Shown here: in pieces, positions 27,722 through 38,450 of the stretch
Layout: every line of letters begins with the position of its first letter
How positions within the stretch are numbered: the stretch's first letter is position 1
Source: Lytechinus pictus
Taxonomy: Eukaryota
Length of the DNA stretch: 64,000 bases
Direction: 5' to 3'
Assembly: GCF_037042905.1 (NCBI RefSeq)
Contig: NC_087250.1
Location: 12,526,001-12,590,000, forward strand
Program-made: the position numbers and the translations under genes
The notes under the pieces: model-generated
Database searches by the model: none
Told to the model about the DNA's origin: nothing
What the model saw: only the letters and a program-made list of their open reading frames with translations

Positions 27722-28684
27722 ATTCACACCATCAACGTGTAAGTCTACAGTAGATAATTAAGACAATTAAGATACTTAAAAAATGTTGATGATAGCCCTT
27801 TACAAGGAATATATTGTAATTTAAATTTTTGTTTTGTTTTGTTTTTCCTTCTTAAATGTGCATTTTTAATATTTGTGGGGCCAGGCTCGATTAGCACTTG
27901 TGCTATTTTCTGGTCATATTTACCATCGTATTTTTATACAAGTGTAACTGTTATGCAATTTGTTTTATAACCTGTAAACATATGAATATTGTTGTTAAAT
28001 AAATAAATCAAATCAAAACACGTGGTCGGGTGTGTAATTTCAATATTAAACATTTATATTATCCAACATTCAAAATCCAATTTTATTTTATTCTTGCATT
28101 TCTACATTACTACTACTACTACTACTACTACCATTGCATGGCAAAGTTACCATGATGATAGATTTTATGCAACGGGGCCCTGGTTTAATGCTAAAATGGC
28201 GTATTTGTTTGTATGTGTTGTATATGTTCTTTCATGTACGCAGATCCAGGTGCTATATCCACGTACAGGGGGCAGCCTTTAGAATATTTCATAAGATGGG
28301 CGGGAGGGGGGGGGGGTCGGCATGATATGGCCTTATGGTGAAGTCAAATGTTGTTTTTTCGATTGAATTATAAGGGTAATGTATATATTGGTGGTGATTT
28401 CTTTTTTACCTGACTGCTAAGAAAGCATGAATGCTTGCAAGCAAGTAACCAGAGGGACCGACGGCTTAAGGTCCTCTCCGATGGACCTGGTAATGAGAAT
28501 TAATGCCTTACCAAAGGGCATAGCGCACCAAGGTTGCATACACGTACCTTTCTTACCCTTACTCCCTCTTGTCTCTTTTCTTATTTGCACTACTTGCATG
28601 AAAATGCATAGAAGCTGTTGGCCCCTTGCGCCCTCCCTCACCTTGTGCCTCCCTATTGTAGACCCCCACGTGATTCGGACTATG

Positions 28685-28821
28685 TTACATTAGGATGACC
28701 TGACAGACTATGGCGACAGGGTTTTGAAGTGTGACTGTGCAGTCATGCATTTTGCCATTGGACATGAAGATCAAGCCATACTCTTCGTCTGTTCCTCCAT
28801 TAGGTTGTGCGGTATCCCAGG
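28685..28821 (-). CDS. EGF/C-type lectin gene B, terminal CTLD exon
   Basis: Acceptor atcatag|, phase 1. (A)WDTAQPNGGTDEEYGLIFMSNGKMHDCTVTLQNPVAIVCQVILM*. Confidence 0.9.
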
Positions 28822-29188
28822 CTATGATAGGGTGAGAGAGAGAGTTAAAGAAATTAATGCAATCATATGAATATATATATATATATATTAATTTATTCAT
28901 TGATTTTTAAAGGAATACCGTTCCCCTGCCTTTCTATCTTCACCTTCAATTCGGGCCACTGACACCCCCTATGGCCCGATGTATTATTTGCGGATCCAGA
29001 TTTGTAGGCAATTACGTTTGGTTCGAAGGAACTTTCAAGAAATATATTTGTATATGTCCCTTCTAATTGAAAAAAACAAACATTTATATTTTTTTCTCCC
29101 TGGTTTGTAAAATGTTTTGGCCTCAGCACCTTCTTATCCAGCGTAGAGGGCGCGCGTGCCTCTCGTCTGATTACTTTCAACAACTTAC

Positions 29189-29482
29189 CTCGATAGGGAC
29201 TGGTCGTCTCAGAGGCATCGGTGTAGCAGTACCAGTATCCGTTGACAGAGTGGCAGTTAATCCAGGCATAATCGAGAGTTACGTGGGGCTTCAAAAGATT
29301 GTATTCTTCCACACTTTCGATGAAAAGCAAAGAGGGTTCAACCGCTTGTCCAGTCACCAAGGTGACGGGAGACAAAATGTTGCAGGCATCGCGAGCACAT
29401 AACCAATCATAGTCTTCACAGTGATTGTTGTACAGAATTAGGAAACACTTGGTCTGCCCGTATACCCAACCCTCTGGACATA
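29189..29482 (-). CDS. Gene B, CTLD exon 1
   Basis: 294 nt, phase 1-1, donor GTAAG. (V)CPEGWVYGQTKCFLILYNNHCEDYDWLCARDACNILSPVTLVTGQAVEPSLLFIESVEEY...AWINC...YR, paralogous to 1836-2123. Confidence 0.92.
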
Positions 29483-30194
29483 CTTGATGATAAATAAAAG
29501 AAAATAGATTGTTAAATTTAACAGGCTTGTAATATTATCCGTATACACAGTAAAAAAATACAACGCTGTTTACTATATGAACCTTACAGTAATTGTTTAA
29601 ACAGTTTAAACAAGTATTTAAATCTTAAGCAACAAAGTTTAATTTTCAATATCTAATCTTCAATGAATTAAACATGATTGTTTAAACGGTTAAACAAATA
29701 GTAAACAGCGTTGTATAAAACCTTAAACAGCGTTTTTACTGTGTACTGTTTTATCTTACCCCCCCCCCACATTCCCTTGGAGATAACATAACAAATGCCA
29801 ATATACCACAGCTATATATTGTTCCTATATAGATACTGCCACTTTTAATTCGCAAACCTCGGGGACGCGGCATTAGGGTCCCGTAACAAAAAAGTTAACG
29901 ATCAATCGTTCACTCGATTTTCACGATTGATTGTACATTATATTCAATGGAATCAATCGTAGAAAACCGTTCTACAATCATTGCTAAGTTTTGTCGACGA
30001 GCATACGTGCTCTTATTCCGACGACGCAAGTCATGAATATTCATATAGGCTTCCAGAACTGCGGTGGGAAAAATATTTTCGCCCCCGGCGCACTCCAATG
30101 CGCATGCAATTTTAATAGCAATAAGCCCATTCTGTGTTTGGAACAGTGATTATTTTTTTATTTAAACTAGTGCACACCTAGTTACCAATAATGC

Positions 30195-30341
30195 ACATAG
30201 CATTTCCATGTCTTTGAAAGCAGGATAAAAGAGCAATGTAGATTAAATACCTTGCTCACGGGCATAGGTGCCGCAACCGGGGATCGAACCCCGGACTTTA
30301 CATGTATGGCCAGGTGCCTTAGACCACTCGGCCACGGCACC
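30195..30341 (-). mobile_element. tRNA-derived SINE fragment
   Basis: Minus strand GGTGCCGTGGCCGAGTGGTCTAAGG (A box) ... GGTTCGATCCCC (B box), followed by a ccgtgagcaaggtatttaatc body. Confidence 0.7.
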
Positions 30342-30888
30342 TTTTGATGAATGCAATGTGACGATCGATTTTTTTTTTCTCAAGAAGCCGCAATAAATCC
30401 CTAAATGCAGAGAAAACCCACAACTGTTTGGAAGTTTAAAGTTACATTCACTTTGATTTCATATTTTCCTATAATAATATTAACATACTTTAGAAATTGA
30501 GGCACAGGAAATACTGCTTCTATGCTTGATAAATCGAATGCGTAGCGTCAAGACCCCTTCTTACATCGGGCGGCGAAAACACGACGGGATGTTCGGATGA
30601 GTTTTCCTCTAATAATATTAAAATATTTACCACCAGTTAGATCAAGACAATCTGTTCAAATATTACAAATGCCATAGTTGTTATCGTTTGTAAACAAAGT
30701 GCGTAGCTTTTGATTCCTCCATCATACATGTATATTCAGATATTTTTGTACTTGCCGCTCCAAACTGGTATCGAATCATGCATCAAACATTTTGCTGGGA
30801 TTAAGTCTTTGCTTAGGCAGTTTGGTGGTGCCAATTATTTACATTCTTATATGAAAATGGATTTGATTTTAGGTTTTAAATAACTCAC

Positions 30889-30996
30889 CATGCTGCTCGC
30901 ATTGCACCCCGAAATATCCTTCAAGACAGGAGCAGCTAAACCCATCGAATTCTTCCACACATAAACCTCCGTTGTAACAGGGGTCGGGGAAACAGG
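30889..30996 (-). CDS. Gene B, EGF exon 4
   Basis: 108 nt, phase 1-1, cag/[41 protein letters not shown]. Confidence 0.88.
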
Positions 30997-31806
30997 CTGA
31001 CAAAGCTAAATAAAGATCTAAAAGAAAACAAATATTGAAGGTCATGTGAACTGAATGAAAACGAATTTATCATATGTTTATCTCTTGAAAAGGCCGAACT
31101 GCTTTCTCCACATGGAATCATCATTGTAGCTAAGTAGGATATAGGAAATAGCATTAAACTCAGACGTCAACTCGTCAGAAGGGATGCTCATAAATAGAGC
31201 TTCTTCCCCAAAACCACTAACGATAGATAGGAATGAATTAAACATGGATACAACTATATATAACAAAGTCACTGGACCTCTATAAAGACAACAATCACCA
31301 AGAAGCGTAGTTAGTAAAGTAACCTGCTTGATCGGTGATATGACGTTTTCAATAAATTTAGCGGAGTAAAACAAGCCTGCATATGCCTACTTACGACAAG
31401 ACAAGACGAAGAGGGGGGAATATTAGTACAGGTCACGTCCACTCAGGGTACGGATCAATCGAAGACCTTCAACTATTATTACATTCTTAAGTGTGACTGG
31501 ATTCGATTTCAAGATTTAAATAAGTCATCATGCTGCTCGCATTGCTCCCCAACATATCCTCCAAGACAGATACAGCTTAACCCATCGAGTTCTTCCAAAC
31601 TAAGTGCGTAGCTTTGGATCCCCCATCATACATGTATGTTCAGATTATTATTTTTTATTTGCCACTCCAAACCGGTATTTCCCAGTTCGAGTCATGCATC
31701 AAACATTTTGCTGGGATTAAGCCTTTGCTTAGGCAGTTTGGTGGTGCCAATTATTTACATTCTTATTATGTTAATGGATTTGATTTAAGGTTTAAAAATA
31801 ACTCAC

Positions 31807-31914
31807 CATGCTGCTCGCATTGAAACCCAACATATCCTCCAAGACAGATGCAGCTAAACCCATCGAATTCTTCCACACACGTACCTCCGTTGTAGCAGGG
31901 TTTGGAATAACAAG
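31807..31914 (-). CDS. Gene B, EGF exon 3
   Basis: 108 nt, phase 1-1. [36 protein letters not shown]. Confidence 0.88.
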
Positions 31915-32172
31915 CTGAAAAGGCTGAATAAAGATCCAAAGAAAACGAATATTGAAGGTCATGTGAACAGAATGAAGAAGAATTTATTATGTTTATCTCT
32001 TGAAAAGGCCAAATTGCCTTCGATACATGGAATCGTCACTAGAGCCTAGCAGGATATTAGAACAAGTCGGGTCCATTTGTGGACTGATCCATTGAAGACA
32101 CTCTATTATCATCATATTCTTAACTTACATGTAAGTGTCACTGGATTCGATTTCAAGATTTAAATAACTCAC

Positions 32173-32280
32173 CATGCTGCTCGCATTGCACCCCGAAATA
32201 TTCTTCAAGACAGATACAGCTAAACCCATCGAGTTCTTCCACACACGTACCTCCATTGAGACAGGGGCTGGAGTAACAAA
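32173..32280 (-). CDS. Gene B, EGF exon 2
   Basis: 108 nt, phase 1-1. [36 protein letters not shown]. Confidence 0.88.
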
Positions 32281-32923
32281 CTAAATATAGATGATCAAAA
32301 AAAGGAGTGAAATACACATTCCCGAGTTCAAATTTCACGCGAATGAATAGAGCCATTTTTGTAACAGGGTTTGGAATAACAAGCTGAATAAAAATGAACA
32401 AGTTTTAGAATAAAAAAAAGAAAACATCTCGAAAGTCATGCCAACAGAATGAATACAAATGTATTATATTCATCTTATAAAAAGGACCAGCTGCTTTCTA
32501 AACATGGAATTACCATTAAAGCTAAATAGGATATAGGAAATAGCATTAAACCCAGACATCAACCAGTCAGAAGGGATGCTCATAAATAGAGCTTCTTCCC
32601 CAAAACCACTAACGATAGATAGGAATGAATTAAACATGGATACAACTATATATAAAAAAGTTACTGGACCTCTTCAAAGACAACAATCACCAAGAAGCCT
32701 CGTAAGTAAACTGCTTGCTCGGTGATATGACGTTTTCAATAAATTTAGCGGAGTACAGGAAGCCTGCTGCATATGCCGACTTAAGACAAGACAAGGCTAT
32801 ACAGGGGGGGATATTAGTACAGGTCACGTCCACTTAGGGTACGGATCAATCGAAGACCTTCAACTATTACTACATTCTTAAGTGTCACTGCATGGGTTCG
32901 ATTTCAAGATCTAAATAACTCAC

Positions 32924-33031
32924 CATGCTGCTCGCATTGCACCCCGAAATATTCTTCAAGACAGATACAGCTAAACCCATCGAGTTCTTCCACACACGTA
33001 CCTCCGTTGTGACAGGGGCTGGAGTAACAAT
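32924..33031 (-). CDS. Gene B, EGF exon 1
   Basis: 108 nt, phase 1-1. [36 protein letters not shown]. Confidence 0.88.
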
Positions 33032-33848
33032 CTAAATATAGATGTAAAAAAGAGTGAAATAAATATTCCCAAATTCAAAATTCACGTGAATAAATATAGC
33101 CCGTTTAGCTCGATCAAGTTTTCATTTTCTAATCCCTATCCCGCCCCTACTTCTCCCCTCCGAAAAAAGAAAAGGATTCAGAGTTCCTTTTTTTTTCTTT
33201 AATATAGACGAATGGAAAAAGCCTCATGATTTTCCTTCTCCCTTTCATTTCAAAAAATGACTTCATTTCGCAAAATAACCCAACGTATATTCGATCGTCC
33301 TATGCGACGATGTCAGACCTTGACCCAAAATGATCCCCTTTATAAAAATTAACAAAGTAATAATATGACTAGTGAGAATAGTAAACAATAACGATCATTC
33401 CATTAATTATTTTTTACCATTATCATTACCATCCTGTGTTATTGTTATTACTTTGAGATTAATTGTAGTACCAATGACAACGATAACAATTTTAGGAAAT
33501 CGTAATATGATACTGTTACTACCATCATTATGTCAACAATAGAAAATCTGTTAATTACAATCTAACACCTCTAGGTGACATTGATGAAAAAATACCACAT
33601 TGTTAAACTTAAAAAATAGCCTGTTTCACCGCCAAACAACAGTAAAAAAAAAAATTGTAGAAAAAAAAAACGCATGATAAAACTTGTCAGACGTTCTATT
33701 CGACAAGCCACGTTTTAATGTCCGACCGTTACCATAGTAACAATGTTTCACAGACAATCAAAATCAAGGAAAATTGTTAGATTTGAGAGTTTGTCAGAGG
33801 GGAAAATGAGGAAACGCTCCTCCGAAGTCCACACCTAACGTGTCTTAC

Positions 33849-34031
33849 CAGGATGTGCGCAGTACAGGTTCATCTTATCCCTTGCTTCTTTTGGAGTCCT
33901 TACGTCATACTCAGGGTGGTCACGTGTTAAAAGTTTGGGTACAAACTTGACCGGTTCGCCTGTATGTTCTGATATTTCATGAGGGCAGATATCTCTGGGT
34001 ATTTCGGCACATGTTCCATCACAATTTACAC
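33849..34031 (-). CDS. Gene B, N-terminal Cys-module exon
   Basis: 183 nt, phase 1-1, aaag|...|gtaag, open frame SVNCDGTCAEIPRDICPHEISEHTGEPVKFVPKLLTRDHPEYDVRTPKEARDKMNLYCAHP. Confidence 0.78.
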
Positions 34032-34788
34032 CTTTTGGAAGAGTAGAAGGGTAATAAGAAAACAAAAAAGAAATTAGGATTCACGATGGGTAATGAAATT
34101 TCAAGAAAAAAAATAGTATTTTTTAATAAATTATGTAAATAATAAAATAGTAGTAGCAGTTGACAGCTGGGGTGTGGTAGATTCGTATATTAAAGATATG
34201 GCGACAAGTAAAATGGGAGATTAAAATCCCTTTTTTCACTTTCTACAATATCAATTACAAGTGAAATGCATGCTAAACCTGTTATTAAAAAAATGTAAAC
34301 CCATTAGGCAATAATTCCATTATGTAAAGGGCTGTCTTTTTTATTAATAGGAGAATGATTCGACATTTTATCAAGGCTGTCAACTAGAGCAGGTAATTAC
34401 ATGAATTGTATATGCTATTTTGATTGGTAGTATGAAAACAAAAGATGTATGAACGTGTGGGTGGCTATTGAACAAGTAAATAATAAAATGAGGCCGGTCA
34501 AAGGGACCGGGATTTGAATTATCGTTGATGCTCTCTAACATACAGAAGAAGGTTAAATTATAAATGAGTTAGCGAGGTAATTAGCGTAAAACCGAAGTGA
34601 CAGGCTTAAATTATGTACGTACAATATACATGCATGAAATCTGTTTTGCAAGGAGATTTGTTTCCGACCAATAGTTAGTCACGATATCACATTAAGGCAA
34701 CGTTGATCAGGAGGATTGCCGACAAATGTTATCGTTCACCTACAAATTAAAGTCCTTGGTTATGTTTGATCTAGTTTACCGTTGCTAT

Positions 34789-34902
34789 CAGTGGCGGACC
34801 GTAACCCGAAGGAGACAAATGATTAAAGGGGCACTGTATTATTTGTGAACAATGCTGTGCCCCTCCAATGCTTTGTCTTCTCCGGGTCACGGTCCGCCAC
34901 TG
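34789..34902. mobile_element. 114-bp hAT-type MITE
   Basis: TIR CAGTGGCGGACCGT(A/G)ACCCG. Perfect 8-bp TSD GTTGCTAT (34781-34788 and 34903-34910). Confidence 0.9.
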
Positions 34903-35541
34903 GTTGCTATGGTAACTCTTTTTAGACATCTCACATCTGTCAGAGTCCATGACTTTTGTTACATTAAAAAATTCATAAATGTGGATACAATATTTTGTAG
35001 TCCAAGTTGAGCTCATTTTATTGTTTAATTTGGCAACCTTGATACTTTTTATTAAGTTCTACACTTCTCATTTTATAATCTTTATGTATTCAAAGTTGTC
35101 AGGTGAGAGATGGAATAGTATAGTATAGTATTTATTTTCCGCATAAAAATACAAAACTGATGGATAGCCCATATTCAGTTTTGTCAACATGACGATACTG
35201 TTCTTCCATGTGGTCCATATACAAAAAAGTAAACACATATGAAAGAAGCATAACATATACAGTAAATCAAACAAAATAACAAAAGTGCTATATAATATAA
35301 TCGGTTACTAATAGGAAATGATTATAAATTCATTAGCTTGGCAAGAATTTACACGAAAGAACCAAATAATCAGACCAAAAAAAAAGATACGATTTGGTCA
35401 AGCCTTACTGAAGTATATAAGTTAAAATTTGCATGTGATAACAGCGGTCATGGAAAATCGATCACAATGATATTGAACTACTATTTAAATCGAGTTCTTG
35501 ATGAAACAGGCCCTATATTACACCTCTACGTAAATACTTAC

Positions 35542-35590
35542 TGTGCCGGAGCTGTAGGATATACGCGATGATGGTTACCACCTTTATATG
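35542..35590 (-). CDS. Gene B, signal-peptide exon
   Basis: tgcag| 49 nt |gtaagt, phase 0-1. HIKVVTIIAYILQLRH is hydrophobic and joins in frame to SVNC. Confidence 0.68.
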
Positions 35591-36226
35591 CTGCATTAAT
35601 AAGAGAGAGGCAGAGAGAGGGGGAACAAATATAAGTGGAGCATTCATACCCCAAAAAGAAAAGAAAAAGTGGCCAAGTTCACATGCCTAGCCAAGATTAC
35701 GACTTTCAAGGCAATACGGATGTTTTCATTAAAATTGTGAAATAAAATAAATATCTATCTGTTCTTTTATATTTTTTTACATTCCCCTTTTATTGTGCGC
35801 ATTGAGCATCTCTCTGGAAATAGCGCCTTATAAAATGCATTTGTTATGATGATGATGATGATGACAATTATCATTATCATCATCAGCAGCGGCATTTTTA
35901 TTATCAAGCAGGGCCTTGGAACGAAGTGGAGGGCGTGGGCTGAGCCAAAAGTGGGGGGTTGACCACGCAAAAAAAGTCACAATCAGATGGTCAGTTTTAC
36001 GTTTTGTACACGTTTTGGACAAAAGTGGGGACTGAAGCCCCCCCCCCCCCCGGTTCCGCGGCCCCTGCCAAATACATTTTCACAAAACTTTTAATGAATA
36101 GTGCATATCGCATTCACTTAAGCAGGGGCGTCAACCCTGTGGTTTTATAAGTAGTCAAAAATGAATGGAGAAAAAAAAGAGAAGAAAAGAGAATGAAGAA
36201 TAACACAAAATACAGTTTTGGTCATT

Positions 36227-36823
36227 AAAGGAAAAATGAAACCTTGGGAACAAGATAGTTTGTGCAAAAACAGAAAAATCAAAGAAACATAATAAACGAA
36301 AGTTTGAGAAAAGTTGAATGAATAATAAAAAAGTTATAAGCATTAGAAATTTAGATAAATATTGTATAAATCTAGATCCTCCAATCGGCAATGTGACAAA
36401 GATGTGCGATGTCACATCTGAACAACTTTCCCATTTCTTTTTTTATATATTTTACTTTAACTGCCTCTTTTATATCACAAATATCATTAGATCAGGTATT
36501 CTTTCTATAGGAGGGCATGTAATACAGATTTTCAAAAAAATACATTATGAATAAGGAGTTTGTATTGCCCCAAGAAAGTTAGAGCAAATATAAACATTTT
36601 CGGGGTATTTTATAGTCCATCAATGGGAAAGATGTTCCCTTTTGACATCACAAATATTTGTCGCATTGCTAATGGGAAGATCTCCATAGCATTAGTGATC
36701 GCAATATTCAAATGCTCATAACTTTCTCATTATTTGTCCGATTTTCCTCAAATTTGATTTGTTCTTATTCTTTGATTTTTCTGTTTCCACAAAAGCCAAC
36801 TTGTTCCAAAGGGTATCATTTCC
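36227..36823. mobile_element. Kolobok-like MITE
   Basis: TTAA|AGGAAAAATGAAACCTTGGGAACAAG ... CTTGTTCCAAAGGGTATCATTTCCC|TTAA. Confidence 0.75.
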
Positions 36824-37330
36824 CTTAAACTCCACAACGCACATATTGGCGAGTATTGAATCCCGGAACACAGTAAATGTATTAAAAATGCCGGTCAAAT
36901 GACAAAGAAGAGCTGTGAGGTCTTTATCGAAAATCGGCTAACCGGAACAGCACTTCGTCCCAAATTCCGGAGCTGACGAATAATTGCAAATTTGTCGTTG
37001 TCCCGAGTTCAAGACGAAACTGAAGTTTTGATTCTTCAGTTTTTGACAAAGACTTTTTGGTTGCTCATTGTCATGGAGGACATTTGACAATACATTTTCT
37101 ATGTCCTAGAAAACGTTCTGCGTAGCGGTGCAAAAACTCACAATTATTAAAATGATAAAAAGTAGCGTTGACAACTTGCATGCCCACCCTCTATTGAAAA
37201 AAAAATGTGCCGCCCCACCCCCCCCCCCCCCGGGGGGACCAATACCGTGTTTTCATCATTATCCCATGTTTAAATCACGTTTGGCGTTTAATGGTCAATG
37301 TCAAAAAAATAAAACTGAAATTGAACTTAC

Positions 37331-37333
37331 CAT
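37331..37333 (-). CDS. Gene B, start codon at the end of exon 1 (ATG|gtaagt)
   Basis: Minus strand reads ...cgcatcATG|gtaagttc. Phase 0 matches the signal-peptide exon. Confidence 0.6.
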
Positions 37334-37839
37334 GATGCGATTAGCTTAATCGCGACGTTGTCTTTCAGCTGAAATGTCCACGATGACAGATTTGCTTCGT
37401 ACACCCCAAAGTAAAAAAGCCTGTTTAATATGCCTCGAAAATATGTAATGCCCTGAATATGTGTTTTCTTTCAGCTCTACCCGCTCCGATGACGTCGTCA
37501 ATATTTTAACGTTTGCATTTTTTTTATACCAACAAAAAGACTGTTCAAGGAGAAAGACATATACGAAGGGGGATATTTTTGCTCTGTTATAATAACATTA
37601 GAATGGGTGCAAGATATTATGCAGACCCAAAAAGTCAATGTTGGATCAATGTTGGAAACTAAATAACTTTCCCCTTCGCCTACATTTTTTTTTCATATGA
37701 ATTCATGATACATAAGCAGTTCATCTAATAGAACCGAGGCCATATCAATTGGATAATAGATGACATGGGTGATGCCTAAATTACAATTAGACAAAATGGT
37801 ATTAATGGGGCCAATGACAATAAGACCTAATGATTAGTA

Positions 37840-38228
37840 GGGCGATTCCATACGAGACATGTTGACAACAATTTTTAGTCTCTTAGCTGAATGTTTGAGC
37901 AATGCAATTTTCTCTTTTGTCAATGATGAAGTTATAGTGGGTATATAGTCATATGAAAAATTGATAACCAACGTCAAATGTTTTATTATGGGTGAATTAA
38001 AGATGAAAATGTTGCGTGTCGTACGAGAATCAGAAATGTCCCGTACGACACGCAACATCTTCGCCTCTAATTCACGCATGGACGACATTTTTATGTTGGT
38101 TGACATTTTATGTTTCTACCCAGTAGTAAGTTATTATCACCGCTATACAAATACTGAAGTTTCTCATTTGTTTGGAGAGCAGGTTGAAAAATGTGAAAAT
38201 GACTGATTTTTCTAGCATGGAATCGCCC
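37840..38228. mobile_element. Harbinger-like MITE with a central hairpin
   Basis: TIR GGGCGATTCCAT ... ATGGAATCGCCC. Internal TTGCGTGTCGTACG / CGTACGACACGCAA. Confidence 0.7.
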
Positions 38229-38450
38229 AGTAGACGAATTGGTTGAAGATGAAGTACTAAAAAACTTTTTTTTTTTTGGGGGGGGGGGGTGACCAGGGAA
38301 ATGGGAGTTAGCCACATCCCTGGTGAGACCAAATGGAAAGTATAGAAAGTGGACGTATACCAATCACAAATTTCCCCTTTGTGACAGACCATTCTCTCTA
38401 CCTGTTACTGCACTTATTGTTTAAGGGGGAGTTCACTATGACAAACAAGT

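Larger units (their letters stand above)
22074..28017 (+). mobile_element. Decayed CR1/L2-group (Crack/Daphne-like) non-LTR retrotransposon
   Basis: ORF1 remnant (LEQQLRRDNLRFCGI, CHRIG, VYINED). APE endonuclease (YINIRSL, IGLSEVW, GGGAGAYI, SDHF). RT (NYRPISVLP, QYGFR, KAFDTIDH, GVPQGSVLGP.LF..YINDL, FADG). 3' stem-loop near 27878-27915 and (AAAT/AAATC)n tail. Confidence 0.95.
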
